Of a stretch of 64,000 bases of DNA, positions 34,717 to 47,400 are shown piece after piece. The notes below the pieces were generated by a model. It was not told the DNA's origin. It worked only from the letters and a program-made list of their open reading frames with translations, and did not search any database. The stretch is from Klebsormidium nitens (taxonomy: Eukaryota > Plantae > Klebsormidiophyceae): contig DF237419.1 in the NCBI GenBank assembly GCA_000708835.1, positions 8,782 to 72,781 on the forward strand, given 5' to 3'. Numbering within the stretch: the stretch's first letter is position 1; each line of letters begins with the position of its first letter. The translations under genes and the position numbers were made by a program.

Positions 34717-36747
34717 CCAGGTCTCTTTTCAGAGCAGTTGTGGTGAGGTTGCCAGAGGTACATAGTCGCAGCATCAGCAGGGAGGCGGATGTAAGCCAGT
34801 TGCCCTTGATTCAGAAATACGATCTGTGACACGACATGTATCGGTAGTCTTCCCTCCGATCCAAAGTAATTCAGGGCACACAGCCCGGAATTGCGCTATC
34901 ATCACCAAAGTCACTTGTAAGGGTCAATTAAGTAGGAACACTTTTGCACTAAAAAGATCCTCTCTGTTCGGGCCTTGTGAAGACATGGTCTCGTCAATCA
35001 AGTTCGAAGGCCTCGCGGGGGCCTCGCTCTAGATGCACTATCTACATACGTTCAAGCGGTCATCTGCCATGCACTCTACGACACCAGCCGAACCGATTGA
35101 TTGTAGTAAAGCCTCCTCATGTATATATGTACTCTGCATAACGCGAAAACACGAGACTACTGCTGTGACTGCTGTGGATATCTCTCAAGCAACGTCAGTA
35201 GGTCAGGTTTCGAAGTGTACGCCACATCAACTGACAGCAGCGATACTAACGATCATCTACGCGCTGTTGACAGGGCTCTCTGGATGCAGCGAGCGCCAAG
35301 GAGAGCTTTGTTTGCAAAATGTCACCATACGTGTAACTGCGGCACATCCAAATTCGCATGAGATACGTCTCATCAAATTGAATCGGTCACAGCCCACCGA
35401 AAGCATCCCAAAAGGGGACCGAAAGCAGCCAGATCGAGTCGTTTAAGCCCTCATCAGTTGACGCAACACCGGCCTGTCCAAAGGGCCAGCTTCTGGTGAT
35501 AGTTAGATATGGTTGGCTGAGCTGCGAATTGTCACCCTTAGTACCACCTTAGTACCATCGCATAGGAGTGTTGCGTCGAGAGAGGTCGAGAACTTCTGTG
35601 AGGAAACCCAGCGGGCAGTTAAGGCGGAGCATGAAGAGTTGACTTTTATGATTTCATTGGAGCTTATGACTACCTTATGGACTTGACGTCTGATCTAGGA
35701 GAGTCGAGGCTCGGATCAAGACCAGTGGAGGCCTCGGTACTAGGACTACAGCGCAGCTCCGGTAGCGACGCTGACCGTCAGCACGGCCGCGCGAAATTTA
35801 GTAGGCGTTGACGGGCGTGCATGCCAGCAAAAAGTGCACCTGGTATGCCATCATTACCGTCCGATGGCCGAGATCTGACCGCTTGGATCTCCTGCGCACG
35901 CGTATCTTGGCTATCTTCCAACTTCTCAAGATATATTCCGAAAAGCGCCGTCCATCGACGGCTATGATCAATCTGGCGGCGATTAACACCGAATCTGTTG
36001 CAGCTTCGCGCCATTTCATGCAAGTCTGACTACGTCACCCTGCTTGCATGATCACATGGTAATCTTGTGGAGATGCTCATTGGCCCTGCTGCGCCACTAG
36101 CTACCTAGAATGTTCTCTCTCTCATGGTCAGCTCTGCCACCATGATGATGGCTTTGACATTCAGAGACTGATCAAAACAACAACCCCCTGCTGGGAAGGG
36201 GGTTGGTGCAAGGTCACGTTTCCTGGTGCTAGCAGCTGCTTCTTTGAACGGGGAGCGGGTGCGGCGGCGACGCCGTCAGCTGCACAGTGATTCTTGGTGC
36301 CCCTCGCTTAGCGTGTGTATGGCACAATCGTTACCAACCCTGGCATTGTCAGATAGGCTTTAGCGGCTCTTTCTCTGAGTCATTGATTGTGACCAACTTT
36401 GCTCTTTAGTAGCTTTGCTTTCATCCAATATATTTCCCTTCGTGATAAATTTCACGCGACCTTAAAGGTATTTGGTCAGGGCAGGAGTGTTCAAGGGGGG
36501 CCCAAGCTGCAAGGTGTTTCTGCAAGGTGTGGGGTTCTTTGTGACCCTAAGTGGCAATGAGTTAGCCAGCATTGACGCTTTTGTAAGGTAGTAGGCGCAC
36601 AAAGCAAACTGTTGAAAGCTAGAATAGCTCCTTAATGTAGAACAGCCCCTTTATCAGAGGTACAAAGCTGCCCTTGACATAGTTGTATTACCCCTAGCTA
36701 TTGCTTCTCTCCACCCACATAGCTTACCTTCGTAAGTGCAGCTCAAC

Positions 36748-39700
36748 ATGCCGAAGGCCAAGAGAAGCGCCTCCAGAAAGGGCCACCGCTCCACCCCATC
36801 TGGCGGCCCTGGCTCCTCATCCCAATTTCCAGAAGAAGAAACAAATAAATCCATGGATGAATTCTATCAGAAGTGCAACGAGGCTGCTCTTTGGGGCCTC
36901 GGGAAGTTTGTTGAGGTGTCGATCTTGGCCTATGGTGCGACAGCACTCTGCACGATGTTCGCTTATGGAAGCGCTCTTAGGGGTGGGAAGTCGTTGGCCA
37001 ATCTTGGCACGGTGGCCATCTTGTTGCTGCCTTGGGCGGCAGTCGTGAGCTCTGGGGCTGTGCTGGTGACGAAGTTGGGGTGGACGACGCTTATCTTCCT
37101 TGCGGTGAGTGTGATTGCGGTGGTTGTTTTTACTTGCTCAAAGTTGATGCAAACACTCCATTCTTCATCGTTAGATTGGCGTAAACCAAGTCCGCTGGTG
37201 ATTGCAGAGTCAGTCAAAGGCAGTTGCTCTGTTGATTCGTAATGAGGTTGCTGAGAAAGAAGTATCCCTAGTAGGGACTTGTGCACGAGTAGTGCACATT
37301 GACGATTCAGCATCTTGCAGTGTTAGGGCGGTCTTTGCTCAAGTTATGACTCATTGGAGAGTTCATGCGTCTCTCATTGATGATGGATAAATAAGTTGCT
37401 GTAGAGTGTGTGATGTGCGTGGTCTTCTGTAGACTCAGTTGTATGCTAAAGGTAAGGCTGTTTCCTGTTCTACTCGCGTATCTTTTCCAGTTTCGGAAAA
37501 GCCATCTGCTGACATTGACATTGTATTTGGGGAAAGCATTTTTTACCACCAAATGAGTGCCTTCATGGTCCAATCATTTTCTCGAGTTCACAGATGCCAA
37601 GGTTGTATGATTTTAAGCTCGTTGCTTTTACTACGCAGTGTGACAAGATTTCCGAAGTGGATGTTGAGAATTATTGCAAAGGAGATTTGTTGATGATTTG
37701 CTCTTACCGCTCCATACCACCAGACTGTGGACACAATCTTGAGGTCAGAGCATCAGCATGTTCATCTTTGAGCACGGATCATCTTGTGATCAGCTTCTTA
37801 AAAGGGGCCACAGAGTTGTTATCCCAATTAGTCCATTGACAGCATTCAGCACACGCTTTAGCCTTACTTGAAACTGCGTCTATGTTTAACCAAGTTCCAG
37901 CGCTCCCAAGCACCTTCTGGCCGCGAAGGAGCCATAGGATGTGAGAGAGGAGTTTTCAACAATTCACTTCTGTTGCTTGCAGGCCCTGGCATTTGGACTA
38001 TTCCGCTATTACGGCACCATGGCAGGAATCCTGGCAGTCGGGGTGTACTCTGTGGTTGCTCTCTTCTTGGGGGGCAGCCCTTGGACCACTTTGCTCGTCA
38101 CAGTGGCAGGATGTAAGCAGCCTCTGATGCAGCTTTTTCCTGCTGCGCTTTTCATTGCTGTCATTGCACCTGTGTCAGTTATCATAATCGTGTCGAAATG
38201 GCATTGGTGCCAATATCGAGCGGTTCCATGAATCAGAGTGAACAGTGTGCGTTCTGCAGTATGGACATATTGATCTTGGATTGGGCATTACCTGCGTCTG
38301 GCCTCAATGCTGCATTTCAGGGTCACGAGAATTCACCTCATTTCGTTCAGGCGCCCTTTTCTACTTCCGCTACACCGCCCTCGCGCTCGTCGGCACCCTC
38401 TGCTATGCGGCGCTCTCCGTGTATCGCACGGGGGGCTACCTGGCGGTCGGGTGCACCTTCCTTGCGGCCTGCCTATCCAATGACGTCATCCAATACCTGG
38501 CGGCGCAACTCCCCCCTGAAGAGAAGACACCAGGGGCCGCAGCTTCAGACGAGAACGTAAATGCGGGGCGCTCGCGGGAGTGGAGCTGGACTGATCCCGC
38601 CAGGGGGGCCGGGTGGAGCTCCGGCACGTCTCAGAGTTCTCAGCACTCGAGCTGGAAGGATACGACAGGGGGGTCTGGTTGGAGTTCCGGCAACTCGCAG
38701 CAGAGGACGAGCCGGGAGAACTTCTACAACTCCACGTATGGGGGGGGAAGAGGTGACGGGACGAGCGGGCGCGGGCGCGGGCGTGACTCCGGCCGGGGTG
38801 CAGGGGAGAGCGCGAGTACGTCGGGGTCGTCGTATTCGTACGGGGGGTCTGGCCGGCCTGGGAGGGAGCGGGAAGCCTCGGAGGCGCATGAAAACAATAA
38901 GAAGGAGTCTCCAAAATCGTCTCAGAGGAATGGCAGTAGCGCCTGGTGGCAGAACGGTGGCCCTTCGGACAGAGGGGGGCACTCAGAACAGGAAAAGGAA
39001 AAAGCTTCCCCGGGGGCAGTTCCGCCCTTTGCGCGGTCACCATCGTTTGCAGCAGATCTGGGGGACGCTGAAGCGGAGGTGGCGCGGATCATAGCGTGCA
39101 CCACGCACTGGGCGGTGATGGACATAGCGAGGGGGGCGACAATCGATATTGCAGAAGCAAAGCGCACGTATCATAAAAAGGTGAGCGTGGAGCTGTACGA
39201 ATAATATGCATATCGAGCGGAGGGGTTCTGTTGCGGGCAGGTCTCCCGGTAGGTTGGCAGCAACGGGGTTTCTTACTGCAGGTTGAAACGGGTTTAAGAG
39301 AATCATTTTTGGGGAGTATGGAAAAAGGAAGAATTGAGGCGGTTGTCGTATGTCGACCTCTGGTTCTGTGAGCGAATCTGACATTCTCAGAAGCCTACAG
39401 ATTTGTCTACTTGTCAGCTTCTTGAATTCAAGAGTTCACGATCGGTCGATGTCCATTTCGCGTGGTTTTGCGCGCTTGCTGAGGGCAAGCTTGGGAGATT
39501 TCTCGTGTTATTGGGAGAGGTTCGGGATTCTGAAAGATTTGAGCTCCATTGCTGGAGTAGCAAGGATTTTTCAATCAGCTGCTGTCAAAGTTTTGGTTGA
39601 GCTTGGTACCTGATTGAGGACTTGAATGGCCATTACCATTGTCTACAGGCAGCGTAGTAAGGAGCTCGAAGACAGTGTGAAACGGGGTCAAGGTTACACG

Positions 39701-42645
39701 TTGTGTCCATGTTCGCAAGGCGTCGGAGCAGGGAGCCTGTGATGTCATCGTTTCTGAAGAACATCTGACCACTGATGTATACCACATTGTCATCACTAGA
39801 CTGAGGCTACCCTCTGCTCCGGCCCTTTGCGTATTCTTTTCCTGCTTTTTCCCGACTGCCAGATCGAATCTGCCGCTTCTCTGACTGCACACTCCTCAAT
39901 CAGCCAAAACTGGATGAGACCCAATATCTTTACCTGACCTCTCGTCACTCACTCTTTTGCCAGGCCCGGTTGGTCCACCCCGACAAGAATGCCGGGTGCG
40001 CAAACGCGGGGGAGGCGTTTAAGTGCCTGCAGGCAGCCTACGAAACGCTGATCGATCCAGTCAAGAGAAAGGACTACGAAGACGAGTTGAAAGCCAAAGA
40101 CATGGGCGAGCGATTTCACAAAATGGCGGAAGAAGCGAGGAATCATTCGCAGGGGGGACGTGGTCAATCAGGGGTGAGAACCAGCTCTGACGGTGGAGCT
40201 TGTTGTCCTTAAGTTTCGTACGTGCTGTTTGGCTGGTTTTCCCGGTTGTTGTGAGCGCTGGTTCAATCTGTGTGCAGGTTTAAGTGACTGTTTTGGATGT
40301 AGGATTTGGTTATTGCATTTGATGATGCGGGACCCGGCCAGCGGGTGGGTGTGCTCGAGGTGTGCGACCTGCATCAGAAAGGCACAGTTTCTGCCTTTCA
40401 GGAGTTGCTCTTTCTTCTGGACTGGGTCCTTATTAGCTATAAGTTGAGCAGATTCTGAGAAGCCCTTTCAAGGCGACTTACTCTGAACTGGCTGTGCTGA
40501 ACAGAGGCCCCCGAAACCATGCTAGCTGACGTAGAATGGTTTAACGTCAGCGCTGTCATCAGTATCCTTCCAGCACCTGTTCAGTTGGCCGCCTTGGACC
40601 GGCCTGCAGTCTTAGCACTACTGTCTCCAGGGTTTTTGATATTGTGTGCTCATTCTGACAGTTACCTCATTGCGGGAACTTTATTGTTGTCACTTGCCCG
40701 TTCAGGTTCGGCGGCTTTGGCACTGAGGAGCATTTGTTGCAATGCTTTGGAGTTTTAGTATCCTGCTGTGACGCCGTCTGCTTTCATCTCCTCACCGCCG
40801 GCGTTCTTACGCGCGAGCTTCGACCCCTTGTCTTCATGATGCGTTGGCTTTTGCTCTCTTGCTTACGTTATCTGCTCAATGATGCCTATCGCAGGCGTCC
40901 CTCTGCGCCTTTTGACCCTGAGGAATGTGTTTACGACGCTTCTGACCGTCAGCCTCTTGCTGTCTTGCTGACATCATTTCTTCTTTTTCTCGTCACGCAG
41001 GCGTCCCCCTTTGCGAACTTTGACCCCGAAGAGTTCTTCCGCGAGAGCGACAGCAAGAAGGTGCACTGCTACCACTGCGGCGACTCCCACGAGTGGCTCA
41101 AAGTGGACCGCCCCAAAAAAGCCTGCCGCTGGTGTACGGTGAGGCATAGTTCCGCGCGCTTCCCCCGATTGCTTCTCTCCTTTCTATTGCAGTCGCAGTT
41201 GCTTCCTATCTACTTCAGTTTTGGCCCGTTTTGTGGCAGCCCGTTCTGGCGGCTTGATCTTGACAATCTTATGGTGCTGTTTCTGGGTAGGTTGCCTTAA
41301 GAAGGCCTGTCGCTGATGCGCGGTGGATGTCGGCCTCCGCTCTACTCATCTAAGCCCGGAAACTAGGCTTGGGGTCTGTTTATGCGCTCTCAAAGCGATG
41401 GGGCTGCCTTCTGTTATTCGCTGTTTGAGTGGGCTGTTGAAATCTCGTGGGAGATTAGAGGTGAACGATCTGCCGCCAGCCGCCAGATATAATGCAGGCG
41501 TTTATTGGGAGACGGTCTTTTTCCAGCCTTTGAGCCGACTCTGTCCGCCATGCTGCGCTTTTCAGTCCGCGTGCGCCCCCCCGTTATCTGCTCGTTTGCA
41601 GAGTCCCGTTGGCCTTACTTACTACTGCTAGTCTTGCTTTGCTGATTATTCACTTGAATGTGCGCATTCTGTTCTCCTTTTCACTCGACTGTGCTCAGAT
41701 TGTGTTTAAGCCCTACTAACGAGCCCAAATCCCGGTATTTGCTCCTTACCGTCCACCTTCTGCTCGATGTAGGAGTGCAACAAGTACCACGGTGCGGCAG
41801 AGGGTGACGGCTGGTTCGAGCAGGCTTCGCGGCCGACGTTCTTCGGGCTGTTCAAGCAGGAGGACCCGATGCAGGCCTTCTGCGTCGAGGGGGGGCAGGT
41901 CTACCTGTGCACCACGTGGGTCGAGTGCCAGGTAAGACCCCCCCAAATATCGCGGCAAATATGTTCGATGGGATTCTCCGACCGTCAGGAGTTTCGGACA
42001 TGTCGGGATTGCTCGCTAGCTCTTCCCCGCCGGGTTTAACGAGGCTTGCATGCTGATACTGTAGTTGACAAGAACGTTGCTTTTGAAAACAATCAGGGCC
42101 GGTTCAGAAGCGAAGCATTGCTGCTAAGCGCATTCACAACGTAGTGAATGTAATGTAGTCATGCGTCTCAAACGCGAGTGGTCTTCGCATTGACGTTGAA
42201 GGTGGGTATGGTTTCGGAGCTCGTAAAGTTCGGGGTCAGGGTTGTACGTTGATCATTGCTGGGCGTATACGGAGGAAGACATTACCTTACGCAGATTTGG
42301 AAGTTCCAATACCCTATCCGCTCTTCCTTCCAGGGCATGGCCGGCCGGCCCAACACGCACAAGCCCAGTTTCGAAGTGAAGTCGGAGGGGCGCGGCCGGG
42401 GCGGCGGCGGGGGTGGAGGCCGCAGCGGTGGTCGGGGCAAGGGCCGGGGCAGAGGCGAGCCGGACCTGTCCGACGTCTTCGAGTCGGAAGACGACTTTTG
42501 GCACTTCATGGAGGACTTGATGCGGCAGGGGGGGGGTCCCCCGGGGTCTTTCGGGCCTAAGAGCCAGGGCTCAGGGAAGGGGGGTGCAGGGAAGCCGAAA
42601 CCGTCGAAAAAGCAAAGGCAGAAGGCGAAGAGGAACGGGTGGTAA
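36748..42645 (+). CDS. DNAJC14: Membrane-anchored DnaJ protein with C-terminal Jiv90 (cleavage-inducing chaperone) Cys domain, DNAJC14-like
   Basis: N-terminal TM-rich exons. J domain AEVARII...KRTYHKK|ARLVHPDKN...AFKCLQAAYETL with the HPD motif. Jiv90 pattern CYHCGDSH...ACRWCT|ECNKYHGAAEGDGWFEQ...FFGLFKQ...WVECQ|GMAGRPNTHKPSFEV. Exons include 38351-39180, 39964-40172, 41001-41138, 41773-41931 and 42334-42645. The 5' exon boundaries are less certain. Confidence 0.85.
40765..41045 (+). repeat. Three-copy degenerate duplication (periods 94 and 106 bp) of acceptor plus exon start in a DnaJ intron
   Basis: Junctions 40800 (cgccg|gcgttcttacgcgcgagcttcgaccc), 40894 (cgcag|gcgtccctctgcgccttttgaccctgag) and the real one at 41000 (cgcag|gcgtccccctttgcgaactttgaccccgaa). 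Confidence 0.7.
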
Positions 42646-44487
42646 AAGGAGAACGGAAGCGAGTGCGGTTCGCGACTGTCGCTTTCATGTTGCGAACAGT
42701 CGTATGGCGGCAACAGTGAAGCGCAGTGGGGTTAATGGACGAAGCGGCATTGGTAAATGCACTTTGTGTGTCCAGAGTAAAACTGGGCAGACTTTGCACT
42801 CAGGCAGAAATCCTGGTTAAGCGCCCTTACTGAGAAAATTGGTTGCATGATACACTGTGTACCGAGAGTAAGCAAGTCAATTCTGCTTCATTAGCACCAT
42901 GAGCTTCTCATCGGGTTAGCAGCAGTTAGCTCCTTGTACAATAAGAGGCCATTCATGAACGCAGCGCAATCACATGAAGAGCTTTTTCTTGTTGCGGCTA
43001 CTTAAACTGAGGTAAAGCTTATACATAAAGCTGCAAGATTGGCGCTCCTTATCCTCGAGCTAAAGTTAGATGCTAAAGGACGGACAAGGAAAATTCGAGC
43101 CTGCTGAATTTGCGACCGTAGAAGTACCGTGTTGTCAAGCAACTTTCCTGTGAAAACAAGATCCAGAGTCAAGGGTCTACGAGTTAAAACCGGCGTATCA
43201 TTGTTTTTCTCTCCCTCTTGAAAGTCTGGAGGCATGCATCATTGTGGTGACAGGTATTGTGATTGTTATGATATGAAAAGCATGCCTTTTATTGACGATT
43301 CAAGGAATCTTCCGCACTCTCATGCGGACTCATTCAACCACGTTGAGGGATCAGCGGGGCAGATGTATGCTGTAATAGGTCGTATACGTTGCATGGGTTT
43401 CAAGTTGGTGGGCCAGCATGGTGGTCGCCTCGAATTGTTTATAATACTAATGTGTTGGTTACTAGCATGTAGTTAGTAACCAACACAATGAGCAATTTCA
43501 ACAGTGACGAAGCTGGCATAGAGGATACTGAGGGCGCTCGGGCCTGGCATGCACACCCTATAGTAGTTGCACCTGATTATTACTGGCGGCCGCGCGGACG
43601 CCGACGGCAGTCACGGGCCGGCCGCCGGTGCACACGGGTGAGCGCGTCGTATGCTTCTTTAGTGCGCGCTCTGCGCGCGCAACAACTGAAACACATACCT
43701 ACATCTTGATTCAAGTTAATCAAGATTCAAGGCTTTGCACAGGGCGCGCTCCAACAGGGCGCCTTAGATCCTAATATTGATTACACAGCCTGAGGCGTTG
43801 TGGCGTAAGATGTGAGACGTGAGGCGGTCTGAGTTCCACTATTTGCTGGTTAGCATGGCAATCTAGCAATGACTCCAGATACTTTTGAGGGGTACCTAGC
43901 AAGCTCTGATTGCAACGGCGCCCCATCCTGCAAACATGGAGCACATTCATACTAGCTTCTGCTCACACATCCCGTGTTTCATCGATTTGAAGCCCTGAAG
44001 TACTAGATTTGGGATTGAAACGAGACAATGAAGCAAGCTTACACCAAAGTGGAGGCGTACACTTGAACTGAAGTTTTAGGGTTTTGGCAGATCCTCCTCC
44101 AATGTGAGAAGCTTACGGGGAAGGTCTTGCTATCCCTCTGTGGGAGCTCAAGTACTGCCACCTAAGAAGAAGCTCTGGTAGCACACCAGGCTTCAGCTTT
44201 TGTGCAGACCAAGTCACTGGACATCTTGCTCGGCACACTTTGTGTGGACACCTTGCAGCACCTTTCAGTCTCCTCTTGCGTGAGGAGGAGCACCTTGCCG
44301 CGCTTTCTGCGTTCCTCCCACTTGGGACTTCTGTCCGCTTAGAAGGGGCGGTGTTTGGTTGCAAAGGGCGTTTAGAGGAGGCGCTTTGAGGTCGAGGACG
44401 ACCCTAATTGTCGTCATCAACACTGTCTTGCTATTGTAAGGTGCACGGGGGCCAAGTGGAGGCGCTGCCAGGGCGGCGCACTCGTAG

Positions 44488-47400
44488 ATGGGAGAATGGG
44501 TCATCGGGGCGTGCATCAACTTTGTTGGAAGCATCGGCATAAACTTTGGGACAAACCTCCTGAAGCTGGGCCATAACCAGGTAGGTGCCGCAGAGTCTGA
44601 GCTACCTCAACTAGCAGTTGGTTCCAAGGTTGATGGCAGAGCTTAGAGGCAAGCCGTCTCGGGAACTCAATGCAGGGCAGAATGTTCGAAAGGGCAAGAG
44701 GGAGTGCCAAGAAGAGGGGGAAGGATTTCGAACATGGTGAATTCAAAGAACCCATCTTTGGGGTGATCATGACCTGTCATGTCGATTAGGTGTGCATTCT
44801 AACAGCCGGCCCAAGATCCACTAAAACAGAAAGTGGGGGCTGCTCAGGTCTTTTGAAGAATCCCTTTGAGCCCTTGATCTTCTGCACGTTGCTCACAAGT
44901 TGCGAGGAGTCCCCTGGAGTGGTTAAGGCCTGGCAAAGATGGCGGGCAGCTAGAGCTCTCCGATTCGCTGCTGAGTGTGGCAGCTCTTTCCTGAGCTATT
45001 GGCACACCCCAAACCCTGTGTAACGAGTTGAATTACGACACCTGCCCTCCCTCGCAGCGGGAAAAGCTCGCGCGGCAGGAGGCAATTGCACGGGGGGAGA
45101 AGTCGGTGGAGAAGAAGCCCATTACGCACTTCCGTGAATGGCAAGTCGGTGAGGAGCCCCAGTCAGAGCACTCCCCCAATCTGGCTAAGAGCTCCTTGCG
45201 AGAACGGTGTAAACTGCTACCATCCTGATGGACCACTCTTCCCCGCTGAATGGTCTGCATAGTTCGAATAGTCAATGAATGGGCCTTCTTTTCAAGGTGA
45301 AACCAGCCCCGCATTTGTAACCATGAGAAAGAGGGGAGCTGCGCTTCCCACAAACCCCCTGCTCTCTTGATGTAACCTTTGTCTCGCTCAGCATGAGGAC
45401 CGACGTTTCATGAAGGTGTAATGGATGGAAGTCTGTGACGAAGTGCTCGTCCCATTCTCCTGTAGGGGTCGTCATCTTCGCAGTGGGCAATGCGCTCAAC
45501 TTCATCTCCTTTGGCTACGCTGCGCAGGTACTAATCTTTTTGCCAGCTGTCAGCCTTGATGCAGTCTGCAAACGGTGTCCTTTTGTGCATGTTAAGTGGT
45601 GTTTGTTGATAGTTTCAATTGAGCCTATCCAACCGGCTTGCTTGTTCATTGAGAAAACGGACCAATGGAAAAAGCAGACCCCGGCCAGTTCCATCGAATC
45701 TCCTTGGCTGAGAACCAGGGGAAGTCAGGTTGTATCAGCAAGCTCGTAACAAACTGAACCATTGATACTAGGACGTGTGCCCTCAGAATATCTCGGGGAG
45801 TCTGGGTTCCTCAAGTAATCAAATCGAGACACACTAGTGGTCGAAAACGGGTCAGGCTCTGCCGTTGAAGGAGGTTTCCAGCTCGTAAGGACTTGTTGAG
45901 AATGAGGCTCCAGCTTACGTATGCTCTTCAGAATCCAGCACTACGCGCACATCGCAACCGTCTAAAACCACTATTTGACTCCTCTTGCTTATCTGATCGT
46001 ACAGTCGCTTTTGGCGGCCTTGGGGTCCGTCCAGTTCATATCAAACGTGGGGTTTGCGTACTTCGTTCTGGGCGAGAACGTCACAAATCGGTGAGAGTTG
46101 GGCAAAGGCTCCGTCTTGAACGGGTGGCGCAGACTGCTGACGTTTGCGACGTGACAAGTTGTCTTGATACTGCAGTAGCTTATGAAGCACACGAGCTGTC
46201 GAAGAAGGGTACAAAAACTTGGTCGCTTCCTTCGTCGGACACTCCCGGATCTCCTCTTCATTCAAGCAGTGGTAATATGGATTCCTCTTGAAACGAGGCA
46301 TATGAGCTCCGCTTTAACCAAAGAAGCTGGCCGTCAGCACGCTTTCGGGACAGCTCCCCACTCGAGGATCTCAGTGCTGACACCCCATGTCTTTGCTGTC
46401 GTTGCAGAATCGTCGTAGCGACAGCTTTGATTGTCGTTGGAAACATTTTCTTGGTAGCCTTTGGCAACCACGAGTCGACAAGTGAGTGACAACCGCAACC
46501 TCTTTCACAATGTCTCAGATGGACAACATTTTGCAGATTACGCCGTTTTCGCGTCTGGATCAGTTTCAACAAGTATCGTTGTGATTTGCATCTCTAGGAG
46601 TGGGACTCACGTTTCTTCTTTCTTGACACTGATTCTTAGAGCCCTTGTTCCCTTACATTAGTACGACTCTATACTGGATTTTTCGGCCAAGTTCATAGTC
46701 CTTCAAGATCCTTTCCATATTTTCCGGGTGTTCTTGCGTGCAGCTTACGGCCACGATGACCTACTCCACATGTACGAGAACCCAGTCTACCTCGTCTACT
46801 GCACGGTCCTTGTGTTGCTCGTGGGGGGGCTCTATTGCGTATACAGGTGAGCTTCCTCCTGAATCCCTTCGCAAACCTGTCAGTTATCTATGCAGGGCAC
46901 CCATTGACAGTCACGTCAACCGTTTCGATGTCCATGGTTCAGGCCGGGGAGCGAACACGCCGAACTAGAAGCGGGGGCTGCTTGTCGGTCTGATTTGCAA
47001 TTCAACGGGTGTTGTACCATCATGTAATGCAGCATAGTGGAACTTCAAAGCACCAATTGAGGTTAACCGAGTTGCTACAGTACGGTACAAGCCGTCCTTC
47101 CGTACATACCGTTGCGCAACATAGGCTGGCTATACGCAACCCACGCACCGCCCTCCGCTATGTATGGTACAGGTTGCTTTAAATGGGCGTTACTGCGCTA
47201 GCTGCAATCCTCATCGGTGATTAATCTGTGCGAAGCTCGCTGCTTCTGCATCGTGGAATCGACTGATGTCGTTGCCGGCCGCGGCAACTTCTCGTCTGCT
47301 TGAAGTGAAGTATGAAATGAACATTGCGGCGCTTTTGACGTCGTTGCTAAAATGAAAGTGACATCTTCAAGGCTCAATACGAGGGGAGCCAGAGCTTCAT

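Noticed and set aside
35590-36030. Coding-looking fragments between DNAAF1 and DnaJ
   Set aside because: Short interrupted frames with no recognisable motif or convincing splice structure.
36181-36205. 9-bp GC hairpin as a possible Helitron 3' end
   Set aside because: No CTRR at the expected distance and no other Helitron features.
38486-39094. Several 145-185 aa ORFs overlapping the DnaJ exon
   Set aside because: Alternative frames of a GC-rich Gly/Ser/Arg low-complexity exon, with no independent motifs.
40561-40570. gtatcctt as a possible U12 donor
   Set aside because: It lies mid-intron with no preceding exon or matching U12 branch site.
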